Below the pieces are notes generated by a model. It was not told where the DNA came from. It was given only the letters and a program-made list of their open reading frames with translations, and did no database searches. The position numbers were made by a program, and so were the translations under genes. From Eledone cirrhosa (lineage: Eukaryota): a stretch of 64,000 nt of DNA. The stretch spans positions 22,630,001 through 22,694,000 of the forward strand of contig OZ024740.1 of assembly GCA_964016885.1 (NCBI GenBank). The letters are read 5' to 3'. The first letter of the stretch is position 1; every line of letters starts with the position of its first letter. Positions 13,251 through 26,515 of this stretch are shown here, one piece after another.

Positions 13251-14827
13251 AAATTAAATAAATAAATAAAATTTAAATTTAAATTTTAAAATTAAAATTT
13301 AAATTTAAATTTAAATTTAAATAAATAAATAAATAAATAAATGGAGTCAAATAAGTAAATAAATAAAATTAGATAACATGAAATGAAATAAAATAAAATG
13401 AAATAAAGTAAATTGAGATAAGATATATATTTTTTTTAAATATATCTCTTGAATATATCAGGGGCCCACGAAGGCACTAAGTGTCACAGTTATGTGTATC
13501 ACTTGACCAATTTTTAAAAATATATTTCTTGAAAACATCAGGGGCCCACGAAGGCACTAAGTGTCACAGTCACCAGTATCACTTGACCATTGCAAGGCAA
13601 TGGAGGCGTCCCAGGTTGGGCAGTCTCGAAAGTTCACTCGAAAGTCATGGGTGTGCATTCACACAGTTGAGCGGTGGGGTAGTCACAAACCGGTTCACAC
13701 ACGGGCAGGAGTCCAATGGTCAGAGAGAGGTGCATCGAAGGAGGTAGAAGAATTCACGTGCATTAGCAAGCGAGGTGAGGCGGGTTAAAGCAAGCAGACA
13801 CAGTTGTAGCGCATACAAAATATATATAAAAAGACAGAAGATATATAAAAAATAGCTTCAAGAGCCATTAAGTCACAGCATTGGGACATCACAAGATTGT
13901 ACACATCAATATGTTCAGCACGTATATGCACGTATACACACCACATGCATATGCAGAGACGGTATACATATATATATATATATATTTTTTATATATACAG
14001 ACACATATAACCACCTACACCCATACACATATAAATGTATACACGGACACACACGCACACACACACAGCGTAGGACACCCGGGTCAAAGCCGATATTAAA
14101 CACCGAAATACCACATTAGACCAGACCCACCACCACAGGTAATATATTCAAAACAAATACATACGATGAGATGTAGTAAGATAAAGTTGAAATCCTACGG
14201 AGATATTCATGTCTGCACGTGCCATTGACCGATTCGAGTGTACACAGACCGTTAGTAACTACGGAGGGCTATTGGGGCCAAAACGTTACTTTCGGGATCA
14301 TAAAAACGACCGTCAATATATGGAAGGCCGATCGTGCTAGAAAGACTACAACCCCGGGTAAGAGCTCCCAGAGGTCAGCCTGTAGATCTTGAACCACAGA
14401 ATATGAGGGCAACACGTATATGCGCCACGTATCCACTGCTTACGGCGGGATGGCACGGGTCCGCCTACAGTTACAGGCTAAATTTCTACTAGTGCAGCCT
14501 AAATCACAGTACACGCTTTACATAAATACATTACATCACAACTCATGCGCATACAGAGGTACAGATCAACAAGATATACGTCAGGATAGGTCCACCAATG
14601 CACTAATGGTGGGTAGGCCAGCGTGGATGGGTTACATCCACTGTGCCAAACAGGGGTGCTTATTAACATACACTCCCCTGCACACCCCAATATCAAGATC
14701 AATATCCTCCCACAGGCATACGTATACATTCACAGACTCGTATACATAGACGACCAACAATAGGAGACAGTTACACACAGTCAGAGACAGTTACACAAGA
14801 CAGCCCAACTGGAGGAATAAGGAAGTG

Positions 14828-15238
14828 CTAGCTAACAGGTTTAAAGTAGAAGAAAGAGCTTAATATTCGGTGGGGGCAAGAGGAAAAAATTTCAGACTTT
14901 CTATTTAGTAGAGGGCATTTAGCAAATATAATAGAGTGGGATTCGGCAAGGCACAGGTTACATACTCTACTATGAGGAGTATATGGATGGGATTTAGCAA
15001 CCTGCCGCCAAGTAAGTGTGTAAGGTGTTCGTGCATTTTTTAAATTATGGACGTACGCTGCCAAGGAGGTGGAGTTCCTCAGTTTATTATGTCTAAAAGT
15101 GCATTGATGAGAGTTAAACCTGGTCTTAAAGGGAGTGGAAGTTGATCCTATATAGGTCATAGTGGACGCCGTAGTTACCACATCACACGCATAAACTATG
15201 TTTCTAACAAGGCAGAAACCATTCAGGGGGCACCTGAT
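14828..15238 (-). pseudogene. PLE GIY-YIG endonuclease C-terminal fragment (open frame, 5'-truncated)
   Basis: The frame extends upstream of the listed ORF: IRCPLNGFCLVRNIVYACDVVTTASTMTYIGSTSTPFKTRFNSHQCTFRH...CNLCLAE...LLNRKSEIFSSCPHR. It has IVY...YIG plus CxLC and CxH motifs. Confidence 0.88.
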
Positions 15239-15520
15239 AGCACCCCTTATTTTTATTTTTATTTTTATTTTTATTTTTATTTTTATTTTTATTTTTATTT
15301 TTATTTTTATTTTTATTTTTATTTTTACTTTTATTTTTATTCTTATCCTTTATCGTCTATTATTACCTTTCATTCTTCAATGTCTTGGATTTGTTATTGC
15401 TTGTATGGTATGTAATTAACCTTTATGCTCTGATGAGTCCCACTTATAGTGCGGATGAAACAATGTTAGCAAGTAAAGATATGCATATGCTATAAGCGTT
15501 CTTTGTTATTTATATATATA

Positions 15521-15725
15521 TATAAGTGGTTACACAACAGTTAGTTTACCACACCGAGAACAATTGTTTCACCTTAGCGGATCCTCAGCTCGTAAAGGAT
15601 CCGCTAAGGTGAAACAATTGATCTCGGTTCGGTGAACTAACTGTTGTGTAACCACTTATACCTAACTCGTCCCTTGGACTGAGTGCTCTACCACTACGGA
15701 TATTACCTTCCAGTATTCTACCACT
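15521..15725. repeat. Fold-back repeat (hairpin 15521-15660); the same family occurs at 20395-20500
   Basis: ~65-bp inverted arms closing on ttagcggatcct/aggatccgctaa; downstream ctcgtccc.tggactgag is shared with 20451. Confidence 0.8.
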
Positions 15726-15798
15726 ACATATATACATATGTATATATATACATATGTATATATATATATATATATGTATATGTGTATATACATATGTG

Positions 15799-15957
<159 letters not shown>

Positions 15958-16149
15958 ACAAAGGAATTGTGGTAAGGAACCAGATGGACCATAACGCACC
16001 AGAGTACTCAATACTTAGGGTAGTAGAGTGGGAAATAGGAAAAAGTATGACCCCGACGCAGAGCTCAAGCCGTTTCGACGGCTATTTCTGGACTATTTAG
16101 TCCAGAAATAGCCGTCGAAAGGGCTTGAGCTCTGCCGTCAGGGTCATAC

Positions 16150-16244
<95 letters not shown>

Positions 16245-16900
16245 AAAGGTAAACAGAAATAACAACACAATCGGTACAGTATATATAAGTTATATATTAG
16301 GTTAACGCTTGATATAGCAGGAAGAGGTCTTAACGTTTCGGACGCTAGTCCTTCGTCCTTCATCAGAAGAAAGAATGAGAAATAAAATAGATTGTGAGGA
16401 CGGGCAGGATGGAATTGGAAAAAAATGTCTTAAGATAAAAATAACAGATCTATTCCTGTTGACATCTCTTACAAAACTGTTGTTGGTGGGGTTTTGTGTA
16501 TGATTTATTTTTTAGAAAAGTGGATTATGGAGCGCGTCTATGTGAAACGGAAAAAAAAAACGTTTTGTAAAAAGAGCTATACTTGAGCACTTGCGTAAGC
16601 ATGTGTTTGTGTGTGTGTGTGTGTGTGTATAAATAGTTAGTTAGATACAATATACATTATTTCCGATATATGATATTTCAATATTCTACCGTTGATACCT
16701 ATATATTTTTATATATTCACATTGTCAACATAAACAACTCTATACATTGCTTTGTGAAGCACTGTAGTGGAGTTGTGAGAAAAGATATAAAAGTACCGCC
16801 ATTGCACCGGGGTTCATTTATATATATGATGTAACTGGTACTAGCAGTGAAACCCATGCTGGTCCCGTCAATTTATTATATATTTATTTAATATAGAAAA

Positions 16901-16949
16901 GCTTCTACAGGACTTGAACTGTTTCATTCGTGAGAAATCATCAGGAAGC
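16901..16949 (-). ncRNA. Type I hammerhead ribozyme (family I, copy 1)
   Basis: Reverse complement: gcuuc CUGAUGA uuuc-ucac-gaau GAAA cag-uucaaguc-cug UA gaagc. Confidence 0.85.
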
Positions 16950-17201
16950 CGGCTTTCCAAGTACTATAGTGATATTTATATCTTTTCTGGTGGTAGGAGT
17001 GGGTGGTAATTGGGATGGGTGGAGGTCATTCGTTGATGGGTTTAAAAAAAAGGAATTCTTTAAAAGCTATATTTAGAGTAACAAAGGCAGAAAGAATTCT
17101 ATAAACAAGTTCATACTGGGGGTACCACTCCTTATTTTTAAGGTTCACTTAAGCTAACAATGCCTATAGTCATATAACAGTGCCTATAGTCTTATATACA
17201 T

Positions 17202-17234
<33 letters not shown>

Positions 17235-17250
17235 GTTTTAATATAGATGA

Positions 17251-17299
17251 GATTCTACAGGACTAGAACTGTTTCATTCTTTAGAAATCATCAGGAATC
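17251..17299 (-). ncRNA. Type I hammerhead ribozyme (family I, copy 2)
   Basis: Reverse complement: gauuc CUGAUGA uuuc-uaaa-gaau GAAA cag-uucuaguc-cug UA gaauc. Confidence 0.85.
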
Positions 17300-17395
17300 A
17301 CATATATGTATATAGAATCACATATATATATAGAATCATATATATATATAGTGACGAAACATAAGTCAATTGCATGAACTCATAATCCTTTATTT

Positions 17396-17451
17396 ACTGC
17401 TATATATATTTCGATGATAGCCATTGAATGGCTATGACCTCATCAGGCAGT
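17396..17451 (-). ncRNA. Type I hammerhead (family A, intact stem I)
   Basis: Reverse complement: acugc CUGAUGA g..auagccauu-c-aauggcuau..c GAAA uauaua UA gcagu. Confidence 0.8.
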
Positions 17452-17525
17452 TAGTCAGTTCTTAGATATGCAAGCTCTGTGTTTTTGGTGTTAATGGTGT
17501 CAGAGCCTTGGCACATATGAGCTTG

Positions 17526-17573
<48 letters not shown>

Positions 17574-17577
<4 letters not shown>

Positions 17578-18930
17578 ATTATGAAGAGAGAAGAAACATT
17601 TAGATATAATTAGTAATAAGATGTATCATACCTAAACTGCTTCTAGATTCCTCGACTACGTAGTTTCGTGGCATAATCAAAAACAATACATCATAGAGAT
17701 ATAGAGCTTTTGTGAGGTCTGCCGACTTATCAAGAGGATACCTCATTTTACTAGCTTCAAAGAGCACGTCTATAAGATGTGAGATAGAATCCCAAAAGGC
17801 GGAGGGGGAGTCAATCACGTGATACAACGGTCAAGAAACAGAGCTAAGCCCCTTATAACCCTGAAAAAAATACCACGGAGGCGGAGGGGGTATTTATATC
17901 GAGGCCGTAGAAGTGGTGGTTAAGGAGGCAAGAAGTATGAGTAATGGCAGCTTTCCAGCAGTCACTACACTTCAAGGATTACTCGACCAGGGGGAGTTAT
18001 AAACAATATATTGAGAAACACACAGATACATGCGGACACATACATATACATGAATATATCCACATCCATCCTTGAGTTAATGGTGCCAACCTTAACCGAT
18101 GTTGCTCTATGAATAACTGGGACAAACCAATCCGAATGGATTTATATCTAAATGTTTCTTCTCTCTTCATAATGTACTTTTAGCTCTGATACTGGTTCAG
18201 TCTAATCCATTCGGATTAGTTTGTCCCAGTTATTCATAGAGCAACATCAGTTAAGGTTGGCACCATTAACTCAAGGATGGATGTGGATATATTCATGTAT
18301 ATGTATGTGTCCGCATGTATCTGTGTGTTTCTCAATATATTGTTTATAACTCCCCCTGGTCGAGTAATCCTTGAAGTGTAGTGACTGCTGGAAAGCTGCC
18401 ATTACTCATACTTCTTGCCCCCTTAACCACCTCTTCTACGGCCTCGATATAAATACCCCCTCCGCCTCCGTGGTATTTTTTTCAGGGTTATAAGGGGCTT
18501 AGCTCTGTTTCTTGACCGTCGTATCACGTGATTGACTCCCCCTCCGCCTTTTGGGATTCTATCTCACATCTTATAGACGTGCTCTTTGAAGCTAGTAAAA
18601 TGAGGTATCCTCTTGATAAGTCGGCAGACCTCACAAACGCTCTATATCACTATGATGTATTGTTTTTGATTATGCAAACGAAACTACGTAGTCGAGGAAT
18701 CTAGAAGCAGTTTAGGTATGATACATCTTATTACTAATTATATCTAAATGTTTCTTCTCTCTTCATAATGTATTTTTAGCTCTGATACTGGTTCAGTCTA
18801 ATCCATTCGGATTGGTTTGTCCCAGTTATTCATAGTGCAACATCGGTTAAGGTTGGCACCATTAACTCAAGGATGGATGTGGATATATTCATGTATATGT
18901 ATGTGTCCGCATGTATCTGTGTGTTTCTCA

Positions 18931-18935
<5 letters not shown>
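17574..18935. mobile_element. Family J: ~596-bp monomer, ~0.95 copy (-) head-to-head with ~1.3 copies (+), carrying a variant hammerhead
   Basis: tatctaaatgtttcttctctc at 18145 and 18741 (period 596); 17574-18141 is the reverse complement of the monomer; (TA)n flanks. Confidence 0.88.
18608..18698 (+). ncRNA. Hammerhead with a U3-A8 variant core; minus copy at 17649-17738
   Basis: tcctc TTGATAA gtcggca...ac GAAA ctacgtag TC gagga. Confidence 0.72.
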
Positions 18936-18990
<55 letters not shown>

Positions 18991-19086
18991 AAGTATTTCC
19001 GAAGAAAAAGAAAAGGAAAAAAGAGTGCTCTATGTATAAATCAGAGCTATTGAATTAGAAAGTGAACAACACAATATATAACTATT

Positions 19087-19159
19087 CCATTACCAAAGGT
19101 TTCAGGATCCTAGACAGTATTAGCAGTATTAACACACTTCTAGTTCGTTCATCAGACAG
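19087..19159 (-). ncRNA. Probable hammerhead (family K)
   Basis: Reverse complement: cugu CUGAUGA ...cuaga...ucuag... GAAA cc-uuu-gg UA augg; stem I relies on wobble pairs. Confidence 0.5.
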
Positions 19160-19246
19160 AGGAGGTTATGAAATATATGAAAATGCGAAATTGAAAGTGA
19201 GGGTGGAAAATTAATGTAAAATATACATAAAAGATACACCACTTTC

Positions 19247-19312
<66 letters not shown>

Positions 19313-19722
19313 TGTATTTATTTATGTATGTATGTATGTATGTATGTATGTATGTATGTATGTATGTATGTATGTATGTATGTATGTATGTGTGTGTGTG
19401 TGCGTGTGTGTGTGATGAACTATGAAAATAAAACTAACATAGGTTCTTAATTAATTCATTGTTTCAGGGGTTGATTGATCATGGTAAATCGATATATTGT
19501 CTAATAGGTAGTGATTATGTCATCATTGATCGATCTCATCATCTTCCTCAGAAACAATCAAGGATATCGAGACTAGAAATAGGTGGTGACATAGCCACTA
19601 ACTATTAATCACTATATCGATTTACCATGATCAATCAACCCTCTGAAATGATCGTAAAACAATGAACTAATTAAGAGCATATCTTCGATTTTTATTTTAT
19701 TGTCATTGTTCAACACACACAC

Positions 19723-19811
<89 letters not shown>

Positions 19812-20314
19812 CACACACACACACACGCACACACACACACACATATATATATATATACGATCATCGATAATAATAGTCGATCACTATAACTAATTTTAAA
19901 AAATATCGTGTAAAGTACTTTTAGAGACGGCAAAAGTGTGTGTATGTATGTGCATATGTGTGGGTGTCTGTGTTTGTTTGTGTGTGTGTGTGTGGGGGGG
20001 GGTCTGTCTTTGTTTGTATTTTCCGCTGCTGTCAGTTTTCCTATCAAGACAGAAGGAACCAGTCTCCAAAACCGGAAAGAAGGTTATTTCTTTATAATTT
20101 ATTCAAGATCAACTCTATCTTAATGTATGTTATTAAAAAGAAAATAATTATTTATACACAGAACGTGTTAGCTTCTAACAGAAAAAACACAGCTCCATCC
20201 CTGGAAATTGTAGAGAATAAACCATAAATATTTACAAGTTTATTAGTTAGTTTAGCCTTCCTTCATGAACATTCTGGAACACTCCCCCTGACCGGCATAT
20301 TTGACTAAGCCCCA

Positions 20315-20397
<83 letters not shown>

Positions 20398-20497
20398 GAC
20401 AATTGTTCTCGGTATGGTGAACTAACTGTTGTGTTACTACTTCTACCAAACTCGTCCCATGGACTGAGGTGGTCTACCTCATATTACCTTCCAGTGT

Positions 20498-20592
<95 letters not shown>

Positions 20593-20646
20593 GTGAAAGA
20601 GTGAAGAATAACATAGTCGGCTGTACAAAAAGGGTTTTATTTATAG

Positions 20647-21174
20647 TTTAGGGAATTGGTCACACGGTTATTTACTTTGGTAAACGCCACTGCAGGCCAA
20701 CCACTAATTAAATTCGATACAGATATAAGGTTAACAAACTTACTCGTGAGTGAACTGACCGAGAGGCGGTCGCCAAATTAGCAGCATGGTAAATTAAATG
20801 TTATTGAGACACGAGTAACAGAATAATGATTTCAACAGCAGAAATTAGAGATGAAATGTATGTTTATTTTTGTTGTAGCACAAATAATGTTGGTTAACTT
20901 GTATGGTTGAAGTTACACATAAAAAGAGGTTACAAAAGAGAATGTGTCATTGCGCCGGAAAGTCGGCAGGTTAAGGTGCAAAATCTCACCGTCACATGTA
21001 CGTGTTGCTCGTTCGAAGTCCCTCGTGCGAGAGAGAGATTTTTCAAATCTTCGCGCGTAATTTCTCCCTCAGGACGCGTAGGGATACATCCTCCTCTACT
21101 GGTGCTGATTGTCTGAGCTGAGCCAAATCACGCACAGAGAATGTATGTGAGCCCGCGGAATGTAGGTCACTACA
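20647..21174 (-). repeat. 3' LTR (528 bp)
   Basis: Matches 25984-26515 with about 8 substitutions and 2 small indels (counted by eye). Confidence 0.93.
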
Positions 21175-21685
21175 ATCACCTCCGACCAGATTTTTAATAA
21201 AAATCGTAAAACAAACGATAGCATGGAAGAACTAGAAGTTGTAAATTGGTGCAAGAAAAATTCCTGTAGTATATGACAATGAAGCCAAAGCCTTACAAGG
21301 TACTCTTTACAAGTTATTGAAACCGGTTTCAAAACGAACAATATAGAGGTGAAATAGGTTAATGCATGCAAGCATTACACAAAAAATATACAACAAATGC
21401 AATAATTATACACATGCAGCAATAAATGCAAAATGCATTAAAAATACCATTCGGAGTAAGGGTCCCAAATGCGATAAAAAAAAAAAATATTTTGCTAGGC
21501 AATGAAAATGCCATATGTAGCAAAGCTATAAAAATGCACTAAAAAAATGGACTGTGTCAGAATTGACAACAGTCGTAATGTTACGAAAAATAACATATAT
21601 TGACACTCCCGTAGGCAGTCAAGAATCAAAAAGCAACACAATGAAATATACAGCAAAAACAATTGAAAGAAGAAAAGAATACAAT

Positions 21686-24600
21686 TCAGTTTATATTACT
21701 GCATGGCTTACGGGGCCAATGCACCCTTCGCCCAGAACGGGTCGTAGTTCTGTATGTTGATGGTGGTGGTGGTGGGGGGGGGGGAATAGGCGTATGTGGC
21801 AAAGAAAAAGAAGGGGGCATTTGAGTTTCAAGTGTCATTGTGTCATTGTCCAGGTTTGCTCGTTTGAGACGATCAACGGAAACCGTTTCCCTGGAACCCC
21901 GAATGTCCAGTGTGAAATGTTTGTCTGTGCGAGCAAGCACACGATAGGGTCCAGGGTACGGCCTTTGAAGAGGGGGGTCTCACGGCGTCGTCTCTAACGA
22001 ACACATGTGTCCACAAGGCAATATCCCTTGGGACGGCAGGTTTTACAGTTTGCTTCCTAGTGTCCATCGGTGGTAAATCCTGGAAGTAAGAAGGAAGTCG
22101 GGACACGTAGGAAGCGGGATCCTGCGAAGCAAGATCAACAGGAGCAAGCATTTGCCCCGGTAACGCAAGAGGAGTACCATAAATCAATTCGGCCGGGGAG
22201 AACCCAAGATCCACCTTTATTGTCGACCGAATACCTAACAACACAATAGGTAGGTACTCACTCCAACGTGAAGAGTCCATTGAAGCCCTTAAAGAGTCTT
22301 TAAGTTGTCTGTGAAATCTTTCCACCATTCCGTTTGATGCTGGATGATATGCCGTGGTTCTTATGCGAGTAGCGCCAATAATTTGTGTTAATTCACGGAA
22401 GAGGTTCGATTCAAATTGACGACCGCAGTCTGTTGTTATTGTGGTTGGTACTCCAAAACGAGCGATCCATGCAGATACGAGAGTACGCGCTGTCGTTTCA
22501 GCAGTGATATCTGTCATAGGGATGGCTTCAGGCCAACGCGAAATACGGTCAACGATCGTCAAAATATACGAATAACCACGACTAATCGGCCACGGGCCGA
22601 CGATGTCCACATGGATGTGACGAAATCTGGCATCAGGACAGGTGAAAGTTCCGAGAGGAGTTTTAACGTGCTTATAAACCTTTGACTTTTGGCAAGCGAC
22701 ACAGGTACGGCACCAAGCAGCAATGTCACGTCTCATATCAGGCCAGAAAAATCTGGCTGTTATGAGTTTTACTGAGGCTGATACTCCTGGGTGAGAAATG
22801 CCATGTAAAGCGAGAAACACAGTTCGTCGATGTTCCACTGGGACTAGAGGTGGTGGTGAGTCCAACGAAACATCACACAGTATTTGTCCGTCAGCCGTTG
22901 AGATCGGAATGTATTTCAGTTTGCAATGTACAAACTCTGGTGATGTAACATCCAACGATTCGAGAGTGGGTTGAGCAGCTGCCATTCGATGTAAATCTAT
23001 CTCCTCGGAAGACGAAATCGATGCGATCGGCAGGCGAGACAGCGCATCGGCCGCTGTATTCAAAGAACCCGGAATATGTTGAATGTCGTTCGTGAACTGT
23101 GAGATGAAGTCCAGATGTCTCGTTTCTCTGGGCGAGTATTTGTCTGCTTTAGTTCGAAGAGCAAACGTCAAAGATTTATGATCAGTGAAAATTATGAACA
23201 TTCTACCTTCAAGAACATGAGCAAAATGTTTCACTGATAAATAAATTGCTAATAGCTCCCTTCCAAAGGTGCTATAGCGAGTTTCGGCAGGCTTTAACTT
23301 TCTCGAAAAGAACTCGAGTGGTTGCTGTAAACCCTCACACTTCTGCTGTAAGACTGCGCCCACGGCGCTATCCGAAGCATCAACACAGAGCGACAGCTCG
23401 GCGTTGGGCATGGGGTGGGCGAGCAAAGATGCAGTCGCTAACGCTTTCTTCACTTTCTCAAAATCCGCCAGGTGCGTTGCATTTAATGAAATGTTCATAT
23501 TCTTCCGTCGACAGTTTTTAAAAATGTCTGTCAACGAGGACAGTAAGCTGGAACAATTAGGCACGGATCGCCTATAAACATTCACAAGGCCCAAGAATTG
23601 CCGTAATTGTCGAAGCGAACTTGGCGGAGGCAAATTCAAAATTGCCTTAACTTTTTCCGGAAGGGGCCGAATACCATCGGCATCAATAAGATGGCCCAAA
23701 AATGTTAGCGATATCGAGCCGAAAACCCACTTAGCGGCATTAACACGAACATTATATTTCTGTAAACGCCGAAATAAGATATCCAAATGTTTGGAATGTT
23801 GTTCAGGAGAAGAACTAGCAATCAGTACATCATCGATATACGTGTAAACAAAATCGAGACCACGAGTGACATCATACATGAATCGTTGGAAAGTACTTGC
23901 AGCATTTCTAAGTCCGAAAGGCATAGTGAGGAACTCGAATGATCCGAAAGGAGTGGCAATAGCAGTCTTTGGAATATCCTCATTTTTAACCGGAATTTGA
24001 TTATAAGCGCGGATCAAATCAAGCTTAGAAAAGATTCTGCAACCCTGCAATGACGATGCAAAATCCTGCAAATGCGGGGTTGGATAACGGTCAGGCACAG
24101 TAATCGCGTTTAAGCGTCGGTAGTCACCCGTCGATCTCCAATCACCAGAAGATTTAAGTACCATATGCAGAGGCGATGCCCAAGGACTTGTGGATCGCCG
24201 AATTATTCCTAATTCCAGCATGTGGTCGAATTCAAGACGTGCAGCTTTCAACTTCTCTGCAGATAATCTTCGAGGACGTGAGAAAACGGGTGGACCTGTA
24301 GTGGATATAAAGTGTTCCATCACATGATCCGGACTAGCAATTCGTAATCTTCCTTGCGTCAGCTGTGGGAATGATTTTAACAAACTGTGATACTGGTTGC
24401 CCACTTCAGCCAAGAAAAAAGCAGGGCTTACTGTGGCGATCTCCGGCTTTGTACCCTCGAACGATAGGCCTGTATTAGCATCAAAAAGTCGTTGTCTGCG
24501 GATGTCAATCGACAAGGAAAAATGGTGGAGGAAATCCGCTCCCAAAATGGTGTATGGCAAGTCGACGATAGTAAACTTCCACTTCAGTTCACGACACAAA

Positions 24601-24848
24601 CTTTTAAACCGAAGAGGAAGCGAAATTTGCCCGTACGTTCGAATGGCCGTGTTGTTAATTGCTCGTAAATTGATATTTGATTCAGATGGGTTTTTTTTAA
24701 GATAACTGACTGGCCAAATACTTAGTGACGCGCCAGTGTCGACAACAAAAATTTTTTTTGACTGCAGATCGTACACAAAAAGATGACGGTTTGGTCGAGT
24801 TTCCCAGAGTTCACTAGCCGCCCCTAGTGGCTCTGATTGGCGTTTTCC
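21686..24848 (-). CDS. pol: Pol polyprotein (protease, reverse transcriptase, RNase H, integrase); one frameshift near 21975 before the GPY tail
   Basis: The 967-aa ORF has VVDTGA (PR), MPFGLRNA...YIDD (RT), DASD...RELLA...TDH (RH), HPG...CVAC and HVDIVGP...NGMVER (IN). The ORF at 21686-21940 supplies VSVDRLK. Confidence 0.95.
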
Positions 24849-25643
24849 GAACTCCTATAGTTACAAGGCGCCCGACAGCGCTGCGCCCGACTGCCAAAGT
24901 TAACATGATACCAACAAATCGAAGAATTACTGCTGCCTGAAGTGTTGGCGAGGAACAGAAGACGGTGGCGAACGGTACTCGTAGCGGTTTCGAGGAATAG
25001 CAGACGGAGGCGAACGGTACCTTAAACGTTGAGAAGGCTCTCTCTGTTGTACGGTCAAATCCTCCACTTTTTGGGTGAGCGCTTCGATCATCTCCAACAG
25101 TTTGCTGTCGGCCACAGAAGAATTGCGTGGGGGAACAGAAGAAGCCACACAAGGATTATGCCGACTGCTGTTAGAGTCCACCTCTAGTATTTTATCCGCG
25201 GATGCGGCAAGTTGATCTAACGACTCCCTCTCCAAATTATTGACCAAGATCATTTGCGCACTTGGCGGTAAACGGGAGAAAAATAGCTGTTTAATGAAGG
25301 ATGTATCAATTCCTTGGGAGTCGCTCAGCTCACGTAGATCTCGCAAATAGGAGGTTGGCGTTCTGTCACCCATTTGCGCATCATCTAACAATTCCCGAAA
25401 ACGACTTTCCGCTGACTTGGTATTCCTCCGAATAATTTCCCCTTTCAACGAGCCATAAGTAACGTCTGCGGCTAAATTGGTTATCACGTCCTTCACGGAA
25501 TATGCCAACGACACAGGCAAGCCACTAACTAGTACCTTCAGTTTATGCTGTTCTTTGGTTTTGGTTAAATCAAAATAGCATTCAAGCTGCAAAAACTATA
25601 ATTTGATGTCGTCTGCGAAGGACGGAAAATGATGTGGAGTCAT
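24824..25643 (-). pseudogene. gag: Gag with an in-frame TAG at codon 16 and a frameshift near 24950; C-terminal CHCC knuckle
   Basis: MTPHHFPSFADDIKL*FLQLECYF...MGDRTPTSYLRDLREL...LFFSRLP...ADKILE; the shifted frame ends [31 protein letters not shown] (Cx2Hx9Cx3C). Confidence 0.87.
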
Positions 25644-25968
25644 GATTGCCGAAGAATCTCCCAGGACGAACTATGTCTTTGAAGCAGCCACGCGACCAAA
25701 AGGCCACACTGGAATCCAAAATCTTATTCACTCGAATTCAACTGAAATTCTTTTTGAAAATTCTCGCCGGCCAAAATAAAATTTGCATAATAAAAAAAAT
25801 TATTTTCCATGAAAATTATTTGGTAAGAAAATCCCAAGATGGCTGATTGAAAAATGTGTTTGTGATGAAGAAGCCGTCATGTGGCACGATGCAGCCAATC
25901 AGATGGCTGGGATTGAAGAAGACAAGCTGTACGCGGGAAAACTATGCTTGCAAGGCAAGTTGTTCTTA

Positions 25969-25982
25969 GTCGGGGGTCACCA
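25969..25982 (-). promoter_or_regulatory. Primer-binding site complementary to the tRNA-Trp 3' end
   Basis: TGGTGACCCCCGAC lies 1 nt after the 5' LTR; it has one extra C relative to the usual TGGTGACCCCGAC. Confidence 0.8.
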
Positions 25983-25983
25983 A

Positions 25984-26515
25984 TTTAGGGAATTGGTCAC
26001 AGGGTTATTTACTTTGGTAAACGCCACTGCAGGCCAACCACTAATTAAATTCGATACAGATATAATAAGGTTAACAAACTTACTCGTGAGTGAACTGATC
26101 GAGAGGCGGTCGCCAAATAAGCAGCATGGTAAATTAAATGTTATTGAGACACGAGTAACAGAATAATGATTTCAACAGCAGAAATTAGAGATGAAATGTA
26201 TGTTTATTTTTGTTGTAGCACAAATAATGTTGGTTAACTTGTATGGTTGAAGTTACACATAAAAAAGAGGTTACAAAAGAGAATGTGTCATTGCGCCGGA
26301 AAGTCGGCAGGTTAAGGTGTAAAATCTCACCGTCACATGTACGTGTTGCTGGTTCGAAGTCCCTCGTGCGAGAGAGAGATTTTTCAAATCTTCGCGGGTA
26401 ATTTCTCCCTCAGGACGCGTAGGGATACATCCTCCTCTACTGGCGCTGATTGGCTGAGCTGAGCCAAATCACGCACAGAGAATGTATGTGAGCCCGCGGA
26501 ATGTAGGTCACTACA
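25984..26515 (-). repeat. 5' LTR (532 bp)
   Basis: Sense strand starts TGTAGTG and ends CCCTAAA, followed by the PBS. Confidence 0.93.

Larger units (their letters stand above)
12445..15515 (-). mobile_element. 5'-truncated Penelope-like element: GIY-YIG end, ~2.3-kb 3' region, hammerhead pLTR, and an inverted pLTR copy at the 5' break
   Basis: ORF 14828-15238 (-); ~12540-12805 is the reverse complement of ~15235-15512, including the (TAAAAA)n tract and the hammerhead. Confidence 0.87.
20647..26515 (-). mobile_element. Full-length Ty3/Gypsy LTR retrotransposon, CsRn1-clade-like
   Basis: Paired LTRs 20647-21174 and 25984-26515; TSD atag (20643-20646 and 26516-26519); tRNA-Trp-type PBS; CHCC gag; PR-RT-RH-IN order. 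Confidence 0.95.

Noticed and set aside
16036-16157. GAAA-cggc...gccgtc stem III-like motif in the family O fold-back (similar half-motif at 15600-15630)
   Set aside because: Only the 3' half is present; no CUGANGA was found upstream because of truncation at the inversion.
19435-19680. Fold-back with an AUGAUGA...GAAA motif on the minus strand
   Set aside because: The core is mutated and stem I is not evident; kept only as polarity evidence.
22416-26166. Plus-strand ORFs overlapping the Gypsy element
   Set aside because: They are antisense shadows of gag/pol or LTR sequence with no motifs.
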